37,627 nucleotides of DNA from Chiloscyllium plagiosum (lineage: Eukaryota), in NCBI RefSeq assembly GCF_004010195.1, contig NW_025213945.1, forward strand, positions 1 through 37,627, in the 5' to 3' direction. The notes under the pieces were generated by a model that saw nothing but the letters and a program-made list of their open reading frames with translations, was not told where the DNA came from and searched no databases. Shown here piece by piece: positions 35,491-37,627 of the stretch. Each line of letters begins with the position of its first letter. The first letter of the stretch is position 1. The position numbers and the translations under genes were made by a program.

Positions 35491-37069
35491 GTTTAAAAAG
35501 TTAGAAATTACAGACCTTCTTTAAGCCATGGACAGGCACACTCTTGAAGCTTGGCTCTCCATAAGAGAGTTCGCCCTGACTATGTTTTCCCGCACATGGC
35601 AAAGATGCGCCTGCTTTCCACCAGCTATATTTACCGCACACTGCTGCTGCTGACCATCAGGCACACTGTCTTCATCGCTGACTGCTACTGCTGACCTACA
35701 TCGGGCAGACCAGGCCTCACCGTTAACTGCTGCTGCTGTTGTACATTGGGAACACTGGTCCTCATCGCTACCTGCTGCTGCTGATTTACATCGGGCACGC
35801 CAGGCCTCACCACTGTCAGCTGCTGCTGACAGACTTTGGGCACATCAGGCCCCAAAGCTGACTGCTGCTGTTAATCTACATTGGTCCCACCAGACCTCAC
35901 CGCTACCTGGTGCTGCGGACCTACATCGGGATTGACATGCCTCACTGCTGATTGCTGCTGCTGAGTTACATCAGCCATAAGAGATCTCACCATTGACTTC
36001 TACTGACCTTCATGGCGAACACTTGGTCGTGCCACTGAATGCTGCTGTGCACATATTTTGACTGCTGTTTCTGTCTTACATCGGGCGCACCAGTCCTCAC
36101 CACTGAGAGCTGCTGACCTACATCAGATATGGCATGCCTCACTGGCGAGCCCCGCCCCTCCAACCGCCCTTGAGCCCCGCCCCTCCAACCGCCCACAGAT
36201 GGCCTCCTTCTTCAAGACCTTTCTGTTTCTATCTCAGGCAACCGAATCAACACGGACATCTACTACAAACCTACCGACTCCCACAGCTACCTGGACTACA
36301 CCTCCTCCCATCCTGCCCCCTGTAAAAACGCCATCCCATTCTCCCAATTCCTTCGTCTCCGCCGCATCTGCTCCCAGGAGGACCAGTTCAAAATACGTAC
36401 AACACAGATGGCCTCCTTCTTCAAGGACCGCAATTTCCCATATAGTTTAAAAAGTTAGAAATTACAGACCTTCTTTAAGCCATGGACAGGCACACTCTCG
36501 AAACTTGGCTCTCCATAAGAGAGTTCGCCCTGACTATGTTTTCCCGCACATGGCAAAGATGCGCCTGCTTTCCACCAGCTATATTTACCGCAGACTGCTG
36601 CTGCTGACCATCAGGCACACTGTCTTCATCGCTGACTGCTACTGCTGACCTACATCGGGCAGACCAGGCCTCACCGTTAACTGCTTCTGCTGTTGTACAT
36701 TGGGAACACTGGACCTCATCGCTACCTGCTGCTGCTGATTTACATCGGGCACGCCAGGCCTCACCACTGTCAGCTGCTGCTGACAGACTTTGGGCACATC
36801 AGGCCCCAAAGCTGACTGCTGTTGTTAATCTACATTGGTCCCATCAGACCTCACCGCTACCTGGTGCTGCGGACCTACATCGGGATTGACATGCCTCACT
36901 GCTGACTGCTGCTGCTGAGTGACATCAGCCATAAGAGATCTCACCATTGACTTCTACTGACCTACATGGCGAACACTTGGTCGTGCCTTTCAATGCTGCT
37001 GTGCACATATTTTGACTGCTGTTTCTGTCTTACATCGGGCGCACCAGTCCTCACCACTGAGAGCTGCTG
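35491..37069. repeat. 625-bp direct duplication: 35491-36115 and 36445-37069 (offset 954)
   Basis: Both copies start gtttaaaaagttagaaattacag and end cactgagagctgctg, with only scattered substitutions. Confidence 0.97.
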
Positions 37070-37350
37070 TCGAATCTCCTGTTCCATGGATGCTGCCTGA
37101 CCTGCTGTGCTGTTCCAGCAATAAAGTTTCAACTACTGCTCCTACTGACCTACATCGGGCACACCAGTCCTGGCTGGTGTCTGTTGCTGCTGAGCTACAT
37201 CAGTTACACCAGACCTCGCCACTGACTGCTTCTGCTCACCGACATGAAGCACACCAGACCTCATTGTTGACTGCTTCTGCTGACCTACATTGGGCACACC
37301 AAGCCTCACCAGTGACTGCTGCTGCTGCTGACCTTGATCGTGCATACCAA
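35640..37350. repeat. 45-bp minisatellite arrays (35640-36146, 36593-37069, 37132-37350), consensus ~actgctgctgctgacctacatcgggcacaccaggcctcaccgctg
   Basis: About 27 diverged units with a (CTG)n core. Confidence 0.95.
36147..36440 (+). mobile_element. PLE RT-thumb fragment at the duplication junction
   Basis: Open frame from 36216: DLSVSISGNRINTDIYYKPTDSHSYLDYTSSHPAPCKNAIPFSQFLRLRRICSQEDQF...QMASFFKDRNFP. Confidence 0.95.
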
Positions 37351-37389
37351 GAGTCCTGATGAAGGGCTTATGCCCGAAACGTCGATTCT
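37350..37389 (+). ncRNA. Minimal type-I hammerhead ribozyme, complete core
   Basis: AGAGUC-CUGAUGA-a-GGGC-uuau-GCCC-GAAA-C-GUC/GAUUCU: 6-bp stem I (one G.U), 4-bp stem II with tetraloop, palindromic stem III ACGU, predicted cleavage after C37383. Confidence 0.85.
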
Positions 37390-37480
37390 CCTGTTCCTTG
37401 GATGCTGCCTGACCTGCTGTGCTTTACCAGCAACACATTTTCAGCTCTGATCTCCAGCATCTGCAGACCTCACTTTTCCC
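37352..37480 (+). mobile_element. Solo PLE terminal module (~130 bp) carrying the hammerhead; a shorter variant lies at 37070-37131
   Basis: Nearly identical to 9696-9779 and 31121-31215; no adjacent PLE coding sequence. Confidence 0.9.
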
Positions 37481-37627
37481 TACATCAGACAGACAAAGGC
37501 TCATCCCACTCTCTCTCGCCCTCACACTCTCTATCGCTAGTCCCCTCCTACGCTCTCTCTACCCCCTCACGGTCTCTGTACCACCCTCTTTTTCTCTCCC
37601 CTTCACCCTCACTGTCTCTGTGTTCCG

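Noticed and set aside
35640..37350. CRISPR-like array (repeat with variable intervening sequence)
   Set aside because: The whole unit is homologous between copies, so there are no unique spacers; no cas genes; vertebrate context.

Overview
Eukaryotic, repeat-dominated genomic DNA, very probably from a shark or ray. That inference rests on HE1/V-SINE copies, CR1 LINEs with an esterase ORF1, abundant Penelope-like elements (PLEs) and a GPR139-like receptor relic. I see no intact protein-coding gene. Most of the window is nested, decayed retroelements (CR1, an L2/Crack-like LINE, at least three PLE families, SINEs), four minisatellites and a 380-N gap. The notable items are: (i) minimal type-I hammerhead ribozyme motifs in PLE termini, two with an intact core (6788-6822 minus; 37350-37389 plus), the second belonging to a short terminus module found about ten times; (ii) a decayed retrovirus-like integrase (about 9440-10680) split by a fold-back PLE-terminus insertion; (iii) a two-exon GPR139-like GPCR pseudogene (minus, 13567-15383) with TM2 fused to TM7 by an internal deletion; (iv) a 625-bp tandem duplication in a 45-bp repeat array, its junction patched with PLE RT sequence and templated micro-duplications. 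All family assignments are from motif recognition by eye; no searches were run and decayed-element boundaries are approximate.
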